DNA of 64,000 bases from Octopus bimaculoides. Lineage: Eukaryota. Location of the stretch: assembly GCF_001194135.2 (NCBI RefSeq), contig NC_069005.1, forward strand, positions 776,775-840,774. Direction: 5' to 3'. The notes below the pieces were generated by a model that was not told the DNA's origin, did no database searches, and worked only from the letters and a program-made list of their open reading frames with translations. How positions within the stretch are numbered: the stretch's first letter is position 1; every line of letters starts with the position of its first letter. This document shows, in pieces, positions 27,407-39,623 of this stretch. The position numbers were made by a program, and so were the translations under genes.

Positions 27407-27636
27407 TTTAACTCTTTTATTGCCATATTTTTGTGGAAATACAGAACTTTTGTTTCAATTAATTTTGAAAATAATTAAGAATTTAGTAAAATAATTGCCA
27501 TTATTAAGCTGGTGTCTGGGACAAAAATAGATTGTGGAATTTTGATGGAAGGTTTTCATTTTGATCATTTTAAAACCTGAAGTTTATTATCAAAGAACCA
27601 GGGATGATGACAGGTGGGTTGGTATGAAAAGGGTTA
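27407..27636. mobile_element. Copy of the same TTAA-type MITE family as 45421-45655
   Basis: ttaactctttt...gaaataca...aatttagtaaa...ttttgatggaaggtttt...gaaccagg...tgaaaagggTTAA. Confidence 0.65.
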
Positions 27637-29285
27637 ACTACGTTTCGTGTCTTGTATTTTTGGATAGACTGTGGCACAATGAACTCATTATCACCTGTCG
27701 CCTGACTGGGCACTCAGTAAACACCTGGAGCTTACATTAGTACGTTGTTCAAATTACTCAGAAAAAACATCTAAGCAAATACTGTTTGGTTGCCTTATTG
27801 CAATCACTGAGCGGAGAGAGAGAAGCACATGCATAGGAGATTGCTGGAGATTTTAAGGTAGAATCTCTTAGCGATAGTCTCCTATGGACATTAGGTATGT
27901 ACATGGGTCAGCTATCCAGCAAAAACTTACATCAATTATCTCTGAATGGAGATAGGGTGTTGCCCTATTGACCTCCTGAATGTTATAAGAGATCATGATG
28001 GATGGTGCAATCAAGTCAAGCAAATCTAAAAAAGCTTAACCAGACGATTGCCAGTTTCGACTTTGTGTTTATATAAGAAGAGAAGCGTTTGGTGTCAGGT
28101 TAGAAATGCAGTGTTGCAGTCATTGAAGCAATGAAGGAAACTTCAAATCAAAGTTGATAGCACTGTTCTGATGATGAAAAAAAGAGTTCTCTGCTAAGTT
28201 TCAACACAAAAATGGACTCGCAGACTGGTCACTTGAATGCTCTCTCTGACCTTTAGCAAGGCCGTATTTTCTCCACTCATGTTTTTGCAGGCAGATGTTT
28301 GGGTTTGACATCAGTTACACCAATTCCACAGGAGATGAGGACTGCTCCTCCTTTGACCAACTAAGAAAAAAAAGGAGGGGGGGGGGACATGGACACAAGC
28401 CAGGCAGCTCTTGATACCAAAGGATAAGGGGAAAGAAAGGGGCAAAACTAGGAAAGAGTTCAGGTGAGGTTAATGAAGCTATTCTTCCTTAAAAAAAGCT
28501 AAAATCTGTAGCAATGTAAATACCATTTTATGAGGCAACACAATAATCTATTTGTTTAGGTTGACAAACAGACAGACAGATCAATGAAGAAACGGGATTG
28601 AAAAAATAAAATTACTTTCTCACATTGCACATCATTTTATATCACCCCCCCCCCCATACACATTTATTTACATATGAGTATATGTATGTGGGTGTGTATA
28701 TATTTTGCCAGTATCCTCCTCAGTAATGACAGCAAAATATCACAAAAGCTGAAAGTTTACAATAGTAAAGCATCAGGGCTCATCTCTGAATGGTCTGCAA
28801 GACATGATGAGCAGTTTGAAATTCTCAAATCAATTCTTTATAAATGTCACAACAGGACCATTCCACATGTAAAACCTAGAATGGCAAGTTTCACTGGCAC
28901 CAGAACAATTTGCACAAACAAACTGACATTTTCAACACAAACCAAAAGGTTTAGGGACTCAAAGTATAGATGGTGGTGGAAGTGGAAGTGATGATGGTTA
29001 TGATGATGATGATGATATATCAAGGCTTCATTCAGTTTATATTCTTTAGAGTTTTAACACTGAATGATTTTTTAAAAATTCCTTTGAAAGGTCAAGGGTC
29101 ATGAAAGGGGAATTTGATACACGAGGACAATAATTCATATTTATAAATTTTCTGGATTATCAAGTTCCATTTATTTTTTCAAGAAATCAACAATCTCAAT
29201 AAAATACAAAAGGCACTCGTAACAACGGCTGGCAATAAAAGACTGACTGAATCATAATGAGATATTTCACACTATATATGTTATA

Positions 29286-30277
29286 CAGAGTGTCCATAAA
29301 TTATCTTTACAACTTCCACAAGTTCTTTCAGGCTGGCTGCATTGCCTTATGTGTTAAAAGGTGGTATTTTTGTAGTTATATAACTGAGGTTTGATCGTGA
29401 TTGCTCAAGTTTTTTCTTGTGTCACAGATGACTGCTTTGTTGGCACCAAAGAAAAAACACAGATCAGTGACCTGATTTCTCTAGTCTGGTATTCATCGCA
29501 GCCTTTCAGTCCAATACAGGGACAGTGCTCTACCACAAAGAGTTGTGTATGAGTGGATCAAGAGGTTTAAAAGTAGCCAGACAAGCGTGAAGCTCAAAGA
29601 GGAAGCAGGGCACCCATCAACATCCACCATTGGCATGAAGATTCAACAAGCTTGAGAGATGGTTCTGGTGAACCAACGAGTGACCATTGATGAGGTGGCA
29701 TGTTCTCTGCATGGAGAGAAACAACTTAGAAATCCATGACTAGTGCAGCCTCAGATTTAATCAAATGATTGGCCCATTTTTCTTTGCAGAAAAAAAATGA
29801 TTCTTTCTAACACTTAGATTGATCTTTTACAAGAATTTCTTGTGCCACAGTTGCACCATTTGCAGCCAACAGCTATTTCCAACAAAATGGTGCACCTCCC
29901 CATCAGGGGTTGAATGTTCAAGAGTTTCTTACCAAAACTTTCCCAAACCAGTGGATTGAGAGGGGCAGTCCAGCTCCCTGCCCATCTAGATCATCAGATA
30001 TAACCACCCTGCTAGACTTCTTATGGGACTACATTAAAGACAGAGTCTAACATGCAACAGTTAAAGACCCCCACTGATCTCACAGAAAACATATGCCAAG
30101 CCATATCTAAAGCCCATGGTCAGAAATTGAGCATCATTTAGATGCATACAATCGACTCAGACCACAGGGAAGTTTTTCTGATGTTTCTCGGGAAGCTTTA
30201 TTTCTTTGCCTGTTTTCTGAGTTGTTCTTATTTTACAGAAGTTTTCAAATTGTAAAAATAATTTTATGGACACCCTG
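29286..30277 (+). mobile_element. Non-autonomous Tc1/mariner element with both TIRs
   Basis: Left TA-cagagtgtccataaattatctttacaa and right ttgtaaaaataattttatggacaccctg are inverted. Internal remnants EMVLVNQRVTIDEVA, FQQNGAPPH and RSSDIT...DFLWDYIKDRV. Confidence 0.88.
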
Positions 30278-30815
30278 AATATATTTCACACTTGGCACCT
30301 TCTTTTTCCTTCTTGTTAGAATCATTCTATCAAAAAGCAGTTTATTGAAAATGTTTGACAAAGAGAAGAGTATAAACAGAGACTGACAAATGTCAAACAA
30401 CCTAAACTGAACGATTGCAGTCATCTTCACAAATATTTCCCAGGTGTTCTGGCCATGCCAGACCAATGGACCATTAAACCACCGACACAAGCAAATAAGG
30501 CAGCTGCTACTTGGTCAGCTGACTAGTTAGAAATAGCAGTCTAATCTCCCTCAGATCACCTCCTACTGTCATAAAAAGAGACTGCTACGACACATTAGAT
30601 AGACAATGTCAGCAAAAAAAAGAAAACTAAAATTGGAATGGTGATGGACAGAACACCTTCGGCTTTCCTCTCTGGAATCGGGTGGAATGGTGACCAAACT
30701 CTTATTGCCAATGCATCCAGTGAGGAAAGAAAATGAAAGACTTTTTAGTTTTGATTGTTTGGATGAGAGAGAAAGAGAACCCCAAAAAGGGGAAGCAGAC
30801 ATCTGGGGTGTTATC

Positions 30816-30982
30816 TTATGTTAGGTAAGACCAAAGATGGTAAGAAAAGATAGAAGAGAAAGCAGCAGTGAGTAAAGAAGAAAGTAAGTTGATGGCATGG
30901 TTGTTGAGCAGTTGTCTGCCATTGATATGTTGGACATTAGGAGCAGAATGTTCGACAATTATATTCCGTTCTTGGTCGTAAC
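30816..30982 (-). CDS. TMEM19: TMEM19 exon 6, terminal (GYDQERNIIVEH...LLNNHAINLLSSLL...WSYLT*)
   Basis: LxNxAxNLxSS motif. CAG acceptor and TAA stop at 30818-30816. Total CDS 1020 nt (339 aa). Confidence 0.93.
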
Positions 30983-31426
30983 CTGCAACAGAAGAAATAA
31001 TAAAATGTCACATGTGGCATTCATTGGTTATTTAATGAGAAAATGAAGACATGACAGGAATAATGGAAGTTGCTGGATGGTTTTTTTTCTTGTGATTTGG
31101 AGAGAGAATAGGGTTGGTGGTGGTGGTGGTGGTGATAGACATAGGGCAGAAAGCAATTTCAGACGTGTGTGTGTGTGTATGGTTGATTTGTAAATGTACA
31201 ATAGTACTGTGCAATGTATAACATACGTACTGATGTAGTCATATAAAATGATTTATTAGACACAGAAATTATTATTATCATCATTACATGAAGGATGTGA
31301 AACAGCCATGATCCTATGGATATCAACTGGTGAAATAAATATATTCATCTTTCAGATACCAATTAAAATAATTACAATAAATGAAAAAATAGCAAAGAAA
31401 CCTGAGAATGAAAGTCTGCTACGTAC

Positions 31427-31642
31427 CGGAGTATTGTACAGTTGCTCCAAGGAGAGAATCAATGAAAGACCCACCGAACCCACAGACTAAGCCGACTATG
31501 ATGACTGGCCACTGGACTGGACTCTCGTGGAGCTTCCGTTGGTTGATGGTTAGCAACAGTGTTAAATAGTAAGTAACACCGATAACCAAACCACCAAGAG
31601 CACTGCAGAGTAAACCGACAAAGGAAACGGCACCATTGGTCC
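31427..31642 (-). CDS. TMEM19: TMEM19 exon 5 (GTNGAVSFVG...GSFIDSLLGATVQYS)
   Basis: GTNGxV and DSxLGATxQY motifs. CAG acceptor and G|GTACGT donor. Confidence 0.96.
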
Positions 31643-31778
31643 CTGGAAAACAACAAAACCAAAATTTAGGGGTTAGGTTGAATATTGACTGATTGCTCTT
31701 ACGGAGGAATGGATATCTGAATATTCATGATGATGATATCTATAAAATGCTGAGATTTATATAATCACGATTCCTTAC

Positions 31779-32033
31779 CTCTGGGAACTTTTCTTAATGT
31801 TGTAATGAGTCGTGGCTGTCCAGAACCGATGACAGTGCCAAATTCCGAGGCAAATGTGTCTCCACAGGAACATGCCAGTGCTCCTAACACAGCTGTTGAC
31901 ATCCATGATGCCTGGTAGTGATTAACAAAATCCACTGGAAATTCTTTCATGCCAATATCAATGAGATACATCAGGCTGATTTCGCTGGCCACTCCACCAT
32001 TGCATACAACCTGCACCCAGTTGCGCTGGCCGC
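31779..32033 (-). CDS. TMEM19: TMEM19 exon 4 (GQRNWVQVVCNGG...ALACSCGDTFASEFG...PRLITTLRKVPR)
   Basis: Hallmark DUF92 motifs GQRNWVQV, GDTxASExG and PRLITT. TAG acceptor and G|GTAAGG donor. Confidence 0.97.
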
Positions 32034-32689
32034 CTAAAAAATAATGCAAACTTTTCACACACATATATATATATATATATATTATTTTGTTTAAAAGAGT
32101 TCCAACACTGTCTGTTTTTTATGTTTTATTTATATTCCTGCAGAACCAATGTGGGGTATAGAATATGGAATATACAATATATAATATAAAATAAAATAAA
32201 ATAAAATAAAAATGGATGGCACCATGAAAGAAAGTATTGAATGTAGATGAAATATTGAGTGTTCAATATAAAGGATCAAATATATAAATATATAAAGGCG
32301 ACTCGAGTTTCAGGGCTATTTCCCTTCGTCATGGCCGGTATGAAAGACTTTAAAGTNNNNNNNNNNNNNNNNNNNNNNNNNNNNNNNNNNNNNNNNNNNN
32401 NNNNNNNNNNNNNNNNNNNNNNNNNNNNNNNNNNNNNNNNNNNNNNNNNNNNNNNNNNNNNNNNNNNNNNNNNNNNNNNNNNNNNNNNNNNNNNNNNNNN
32501 NNNNNNNNNNNNNNNNNNNNNNNNNNNNNNNNNNNNNNNNNNNNNNNNNNNNNNNNNNNNNNNNNNNNNNNNNNNNNNNNNNNNNNNNNNNNNNNNNNNN
32601 NNNNNNNNNNNNNNNNNNNNNNNNNNNNNNNNNNNNNNNNNNNNNNNNNNNNNNNNNNNNNNNNNNNNNNNNNNNNNNNNNNNNNNNNN

Positions 32690-32737
<48 letters not shown>

Positions 32738-33156
32738 GTATGTGTATATATAAAAATTAATATAAGCAGCTAAGCGCAATATAAAACCATAAAGAGAAAA
32801 TTTAATCATCACTAATTGTGACTGAGGCTACTGAATAGCCCCTATATTGCTAGAAACCCTTAAAGCTGCATCAATGTACATTTACATAGAATGACAGGGG
32901 AGGTAACTGCGCAGTGAGTAAAGCTGGAATCACTGAACTAGTTTCGTCTGTTAATTTCAGACTCCCAAGCGGTGTCTGCCTCACCGCTCAGATGGTTCAG
33001 CTAAAACCTTCTGCCAGTATATTATGTATTTAGCAAAATGCGATTGTGTGTACTAAAAATTAATATAAGGAGCTAAGTGCAATATAAAACTATATAGGAA
33101 AAATTTAATCATCACAAATTGTGAATGAGGGTGCAGAATAGCACCTATATACATAT

Positions 33157-34255
33157 ATCATCATCATCATCGTTTAACGTCCGCTTTCCATGCTAGCATG
33201 GGTTGGACGATTTGACTGAGGACTGGTGAAACCGGATGGCAACACCAGGCTCCAGTCTAATTTGGCAGAGTTTCTACAGCTGGATGCCCTTCCTAACGCC
33301 AACCACTCAGAGAGTGTAGTGGGTGCTTTTACGTGTCACCCGCACGAAAACAGCCACGCTCGAAATGGTGTCTTTTATGTGCCACCCGCACAAGCCAGTC
33401 AAGGGGCACTGGCAACGATCTCGCTCGAAAATCCTACGGGAGCCAGTCAGGCGGTACTGGCAACNNNNNNNNNNNNNNNNNNNNNNNNNNNNNNNNNNNN
33501 NNNNNNNNNNNNNNNNNNNNNNNNNNNNNNNNNNNNNNNNNNNNNNNNNNNNNNNNNNNNNNNNNNNNNNNNNNNNNNNNNNNNNNNNNNNNNNNNNNNN
33601 NNNNNNNNNNNNNNNNNNNNNNNNNNNNNNNNNNNNNNNNNNNNNNNNNNNNNNNNNNNNNNNNNNNNNNNNNNNNNNNNNNNNNNNNNNNNNNNNNNNN
33701 NNNNNNNNNNNNNNNNNNNNNNNNNNNNNNNNNNNNNNNNNNNNNNNNNNNNNNNNNNNNNNNNNNNNNNNNNNNNNNNNNNNNNNNNNNNNNNNNNNNN
33801 NNNNNNNNNNNNNNNNNNNNNNNNNNNNNNNNNNNNNNNNNNNNNNNNNNNNNNNNNNNNNNNNNNNNNNNNNNNNNNNNNNNNNNNNNNNNNNNNNNNN
33901 NNNNNNNNNNNNNNNNNNNNNNNNNNNNNNNNNNNNNNNNNNNNNNNNNNNNNNNNNNNNNNNNNNNNNNNNNNNNNNNNNNNNNNNNNNNNNNNNNNNN
34001 NNNNNNNNNNNNNNNNNNNNNNNNNNNNNNNNNNNNNNNNNNNNNNNNNNNNNNNNNNNNNNNNNNNNNNNNTTGCACACCACAACTGATGCTTCTAATG
34101 TTCAGCTTTTCTCTCAAGATACTTACACTCTGACGGGTATTCACATTGACATTACACATCCAACGGAGCATACTGGCTTCATTCCTTGCGAGCTTACGTA
34201 TGTCCTCAGCAGTTACAGCCCATGTTTCACTGTCATGTAGCATGGCTGTTCGTAG
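33157..34255 (-). mobile_element. RTE LINE 3' part spanning an assembly gap, ending in a (GAT)n tail
   Basis: Translation RTAMLHDSETWAVTAEDIRKLARNEASMLRWMCNV...LREKLNIRSI right of the gap. Left of the gap is the characteristic 3' UTR (aacccatgctagcatggaaagcggacgttaaacgatgatgatg). Confidence 0.88.
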
Positions 34256-34286
<31 letters not shown>

Positions 34287-34368
34287 TACATACACACACA
34301 CACACACATACATACACAAACAAGTGGAGTGTAGAGAGAAAAGAAATACAATTTGAATTGTTACCTAC

Positions 34369-34506
34369 CCTCTTTGAAGTTTTCCTCAAAGGACCTTTTT
34401 TTACTGCTGCGGAATTTTGTGGCAGACGACGCCGTGAAGAAGAAGACAATCAAAGACGTGGCAAAGCAAATGTTGGCAGAAATCATCAGGAACCCAACAA
34501 ACAGGG
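34369..34506 (-). CDS. TMEM19: TMEM19 exon 3 (ALFVGFLMISAN...FFFTASSATKFRSSKKRSFEENFKEG)
   Basis: CAG acceptor and G|GTAGGT donor; matches the FFxxSSxxTKxxxxxK DUF92 segment. Confidence 0.93.
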
Positions 34507-34961
34507 CTGTTGAAGTAGAGAAGCATTGACTTGTATAATAACACTGATACAGATTCTATCTTATACAGGTAACAAATACATTTCACACACAACACACACA
34601 TATATCTATAATGTTGTAGATAGTCAGCCCATTTGATCCCTTTTGATACCTTAACTGCAGACTCCATGCACATGAGAATTTACCATCAGGGTGTTACTCA
34701 AGTGACCCTGCCATTCAGCCAGGATGGTAAGGGTCACTGTTATCTCTTACTGAGATAATCTGCAAGAAAACCTCATTGAAATGGTCCTTTAGTCAGCTGT
34801 CAGTTCTGATTGTGGGGTATATGCAGAGATGATTGATAACAGGGCTATTGAAAGATACCTGGTGGTGCTTAACTGTTGAATCACAATGAAGACTGAAAAT
34901 GCTTTTTACACTGACCACTGACACAGTTTTTGTGCTGTTGAAGAAGACTAAGTTACCAGGA

Positions 34962-35090
34962 CCGGCTGTGTAGTTAAGAAGCTCATTTTGCAACCACATG
35001 GCTTCAGGTTCAGTCCCACTGTGCAACATTTTCAAAGTGGTGCCCCAGCATGGCCACAAACCAATGACTGAAACAAGTAAAAGATAATAA
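34962..35090 (+). mobile_element. SINE family A copy, internally deleted
   Basis: Head (caaccacatggcttcaggttcagtcccactg) joined directly to the tail (gccccagcatggcc...aatgactgaaacaagtaaaaga). Confidence 0.7.
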
Positions 35091-35297
35091 ATGCTCACAA
35101 AATGGCAGTTTTGGGGGGTCTCTTTCTGAAGCTTAAATCTGGTTTATGGAGGTGTGGCATAACAGGCAGGTTAATGATGAGGAGTGGCAGTAGGGATAAG
35201 CAGGGGTGGGAGGGTAAAGCATAAGCTACCACCACCACCACCACCACAACAACAACAGAGAACAGAACAAAACAAAACAACCACAGAGAAGACGAAC

Positions 35298-35408
35298 CAC
35301 TAAAAGCTCCAGAAGTATTCAGTGATTTCCGGTGGAAGGCTACACTGGCTAAAAGCACTGGTGAAACTGTGGAAGCTATCCATCGCCAGGGAGTCACGGC
35401 TTCATAAC
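35298..35408 (-). CDS. TMEM19: TMEM19 exon 2 (GYEAVTPWRWIASTVSP...RKSLNTSGAFS)
   Basis: PWRW and KSLxxSGA motifs of TMEM19. CAG acceptor and G|GTTCGT donor. Confidence 0.93.
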
Positions 35409-35547
35409 CTGAAAAAGACAAAAAACAAACACAAAAATACTCATATGACAACTTTTAACACAAATTAATTTTGTTCATCAAATTTAGCAGCAAAAGTTGG
35501 GGATCTTGATACGGATTTTGAAAGAAAGGAAAAGAATGGATGTAAAA

Positions 35548-35609
<62 letters not shown>

Positions 35610-35611
35610 TA

Positions 35612-35822
35612 TATTTCTTTATTGCTCACAAGGGGCTAAACATAGAGGGGACAAACAAGGACAGACAAAGGGATTAAGCCGATTACATCGGCCCCAGTAC
35701 GTAACTGGTACTTATTTAATCAACACCAAAAGGATGAAAGGCAGAGTCGACCCCGGCGAAATTTGAATTCAGAACGTAACAGCACATGAAATACCGCTCA
35801 GCATTTCACCTGCTAACGTTTC
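35612..35822 (-). mobile_element. SINE family B copy in TMEM19 intron 1
   Basis: aggggctaaacatagaggggacaaacaaggacagac...ggtacttatttaatc...gaaaggcagagtcgacc; near-identical tail to 46415-46555. Confidence 0.85.
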
Positions 35823-36149
35823 TGTATTTCGATGGCGACAAGGAACTTTAACTTGTAGCAGAACAACACATCCCAAACATCATCGACTTTTCAGTTTCCT
35901 CGTCGCTGTCGATATTCCTCGCTTCAATATATACACACATATACAATGGATACACACACGCTACTAATCAACAGAAGGCTTTGGTAGAAGACCCTTCCTA
36001 AAGGTACCGTGCAGTGGGACGAAGCCCAGTGGTGTGTGGCTGTGAAACGAACTTCTTAATGACACACCCAAGCCTTTCTAGAATTATGATTTAAGCCATC
36101 TGCTGAGTAGACTCAGATGGGAGAAGTGTGAAACCTATTTGCTACCAAG

Positions 36150-36700
36150 GGAAGGCGACATATAACAGGCGAAACTCAGTACGGGAGGGTCCCTTCATCC
36201 CGTTTCCTTGCCCACCAAATACACTTAACAACTTACCTGAATCTTGAAAGATGATTCCGTATCCAACATTTAAGACCCAACAACAAAATCCGAAAATAGC
36301 AGCAGCACCGGCGAAGACAATATACAAGAGAAGGTTTTCGTAGCGTTGAGAGAAACTGGACGACGCCATCTTATTAAATACATGTAAAGATGGTCTTTCT
36401 TTCGTGTATATAAGTAAACCTTTGCAGACTGATCAGTCAAAACAACGAAATAAGAAACAATGTGTGAAACTTTATAAATTACGTATTTATGTTTTTGATG
36501 CATGGATCAAAAAAATTATTATAAAAAAAATAAAATTTATTATACGAAGCTATTTTTGATGACTGAGTATAACGAAGTTCGAGGAAGTTAAAGGGAAAGA
36601 ATCTTAACTGGAAAGATCGCTCGGTCCCGGTCGCAAGATTTCAATGAGGCATTCAAGGAGAATAGCGTCCAAAATTATTATTTAAAAAAAAAATTTTCTT
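36150..36700. promoter_or_regulatory. CpG-rich 5' region of TMEM19, facing NCLX (possibly a shared divergent promoter)
   Basis: Local CpG enrichment around and upstream of the TMEM19 ATG. Bidirectionality is inference only. Confidence 0.35.
36237..36369 (-). CDS. TMEM19: Transmembrane protein 19 (DUF92 family) exon 1 of 6
   Basis: ATG followed by a hydrophobic helix (LLLYIVFAGAAAIFGFCCWVLNV). Donor G|GTAAGT. Confidence 0.88.
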
Positions 36701-37714
36701 TCAAGCGAGTGTGTTTTAAACATTGTAGTTTACGAGCCAAAAATAGATAAATAGAAATAAATTGGTTGTTGGGAGGGAGGATTTTTTCGTTCTGACTATT
36801 TTTCAGATCTATATTACGTATATTAAAAAAGATATAATCTCAGATATTTAAACCATAAACATGGACTCCTTCTGCCCTAAGGAGACACGCTTTTATTATA
36901 ATTCTGTTCTTATCTTGGATGCCTTGTGAGAACAAGAAGGCACTTTCCACTTCTTCCTCCTCCTTATCATCATCATCATCATCACTTACGTCTGCTTTCC
37001 ATGCTGGCATGGGTTGTCACAGTCCAAGCGAGTTCTAATTCATAGGATCATGTCTCACATGCACAATTTATGTTTGATGTGCTTTCTATGCCTTGATACC
37101 TTTCCTAAGATCCGCCCTTAGGTGCTATGATATAAAACACTTTACAAAGAGCAAGCATCATCATCATCATCATCATTACCTTCATGGCACCAGCACAAGA
37201 GAGGTTAACTTGCCTTTCACAAGTTGAGGCTCCTTGCTTCGTTTGCCACCCACTTTGCACAATGTACATTTTATAGGGGCAGAATTATGCATTTTATCAT
37301 GGCATTTTTCATCTTCATCACCATCCCTACCCTCCTTACTCTCATCATCATCATCATCTTGTAATTTATGAATACATCAATGAAATTCTATCAAAACAGC
37401 TGTAGTAAATTTTAACCACCATTTCTGTTCTTCTTTTTATATATACATATGTATATATGTATATATGGGTGTGTATGTATTTGTGTGTACCATTGACCTG
37501 GCATCACTCATCCATGTTATGGAAGCAATGATGTCCATTTCCAATCTTTCATGAAAGACATGTCTAGCCATGGAGAAATACTTGCTTGGGAAAAAAACAG
37601 GTGACAGGAAAGTAATATGGCCATGGGAAATGTGCCTCAATGAATTCCTTCTTGCTTTTCTAAACATGGGAAAATGGACGTAAAAATGGCGATGATGATA
37701 ATGATGAATAGTGA

Positions 37715-37812
37715 TGATGACGACAACGACAATGCCGATGATAATGTTGATGATGATGATGGTGACGACAACGACAATGCCGATGATAATGTTGATGATG
37801 ATGATGGTGATT
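37715..37812. repeat. Tandem duplication (about 45-bp unit, two copies) within a GAT/GAC-rich tract
   Basis: gacgacaacgacaatgccgatgataatgttgatgatgatgatggt occurs twice. Confidence 0.9.
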
Positions 37813-38187
37813 TTGTATTTATACTTGGAATCTATGCTATGATGTATGGAGGGCGTTTGTACTAGAGAAAATACAAAAAAAAAAACAGCAAAAACAATCC
37901 AGGGAAATAAAACATATTTTATTTCATCTCATCTCTTTTCATTTTTAAATTTTCACCCACAAAACAAATTCTTTCCCCAAAATTAGATAATGACCAAAAT
38001 TTTCTGTCATTGTTTTTCACTTTCTCCATTGTATAAAGTTTCTATGACACAAAAGTTCTACATACGTCAAACGAGACTTCGGTTAGATGTAATGACACAA
38101 AAGTGCAATGATTCAAAGCTATTTAATTAATTTATATTGCCTTTAATAAATTGGTATATTGGTAGAATTGTGTGTATGTATATACAA

Positions 38188-38199
38188 CTATATATATAC

Positions 38200-38278
<79 letters not shown>
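38188..38278. repeat. (TA)n microsatellite; representative of many TA/CA/GA arrays in the window
   Basis: Directly visible. Most N-gaps are flanked by such arrays. Confidence 0.97.
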
Positions 38279-38281
<3 letters not shown>

Positions 38282-38284
38282 GAT

Positions 38285-38445
38285 GCATGGCTCAGTGGTT
38301 AGAGCGTTGATCTTACGACTGTTATGTTGTAAGTTTGAATCCCGGACCGGGATGCGTGTTGTGTTCTTAAGTAAGACACTTTATTTCAAGTTGCTCCAGT
38401 TCACTCAGCTGTAGAAATGAGTTGCGATGTCATTGGCGCCAAGCT
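38285..38445 (+). mobile_element. tRNA-derived SINE head with Pol III A and B boxes
   Basis: A-box-like TGGCTCAGTGG and B-box-like GTTTGAATCC, followed by gtgttgtgttcttaagtaagacactt; inserted after a (TA)n array. Confidence 0.65.
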
Positions 38446-38552
38446 GAATCTCTTAGAGATCATTAAATAATATACACATTTGATTAATTAGTTGTTATTT
38501 TTTATTAAACCTTTTAAAAAATAAAATAAAAAACGGAGGGAACTTAGTTAAC

Positions 38553-38601
<49 letters not shown>

Positions 38602-38605
38602 CCAA

Positions 38606-39410
38606 GTCAGTAGCAGAGGAGGATGCTCTGAGAGCATAGCTGTGAGAATAAGAATAGGCTGTGCAAAGTTCAGAGAGCTCCTACCTCTGCTGGTAACAAC
38701 GGGCCTCTTGTTCAGAGTGAAAGGCAAACTCTATGATGCCTGTGTGTAAATAGTCATGCTACATAGCATTGAAGCATGGGATCTGACTGCCAAAGAACAT
38801 GTGTAGGCTTGAAAGAAATGAAGCTGGTATGCTTTGCAAGATGTGCAATGTCAGTGCGCACGTATGACACAGTGTAAGCGTCGTGAGAGAAAAACTGGGC
38901 ATAAGAGGCATCAGATGTGGTATGCAAGAGAGATGACTGCGCTGGTTGGCCATGTGATGCATATGGACGAGGACAGCTGTGTAAAAAAGTACTGATTTCT
39001 ACATGTGGAAGAAACCTGTGGAAAAGGTAGATCTAGGAAGACATGGTGGTGAAGCGTAATGTCCAAACGTTGGACCTCACTGAGGCAATGATATAACACG
39101 CTTGAGATATAACACGCTTGAGAAGACTCATGAAGCCAAGTGAAATTGTAGCTGTGGCTGGTGCTGGTGACATGTAGCAGCATCCGTGCCAGTCTCACAT
39201 AATGGCACCCATGCCAATGACATGTAAAGTGTACCCATTACACTCTTGGAGTGGTTGGTGTCAGGAAGGGCATCCAGCCATAGAAACCATTCCAAATCAG
39301 ACTGGAACCTAGTGCAACTCTCGGGCTTACCAGCTCTGATCAAACCATCCAACCCATGCCAGCATGGAAAGCAGATGTTAAACAATGATGATGATGACGA
39401 TGATGATATA
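38606..39410 (+). mobile_element. Degraded RTE LINE 3' end with 3' UTR and (GAT)n tail
   Basis: Decayed RT C-terminus (RIRIGCAKFRELLPLL...RVKGKLYDAC; WLAHVMHMDEDSC) followed by aacccatgccagcatggaaagcagatgttaaacaatgatgatgatg. Confidence 0.85.
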
Positions 39411-39578
39411 TGTTATTGTACACACACACATACATGTAAATACTTATACATTCATACATACATGCACGCATAAACAAATGCGCACAGACACACACACACA
39501 TACTCTCCTTCTCTCTCACACTATTTTCATCTTCTTTCCCTTTCTCTTTACTCTCACCTTTTCTATCTCCCAGCTCTT

Positions 39579-39623
<45 letters not shown>

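Noticed and set aside
28674-28991. 105-aa plus-strand ORF in the ETNK-TMEM19 interval
   Set aside because: No recognisable domain, no supporting splice pair, and it ends in a GAT/GGT repeat.
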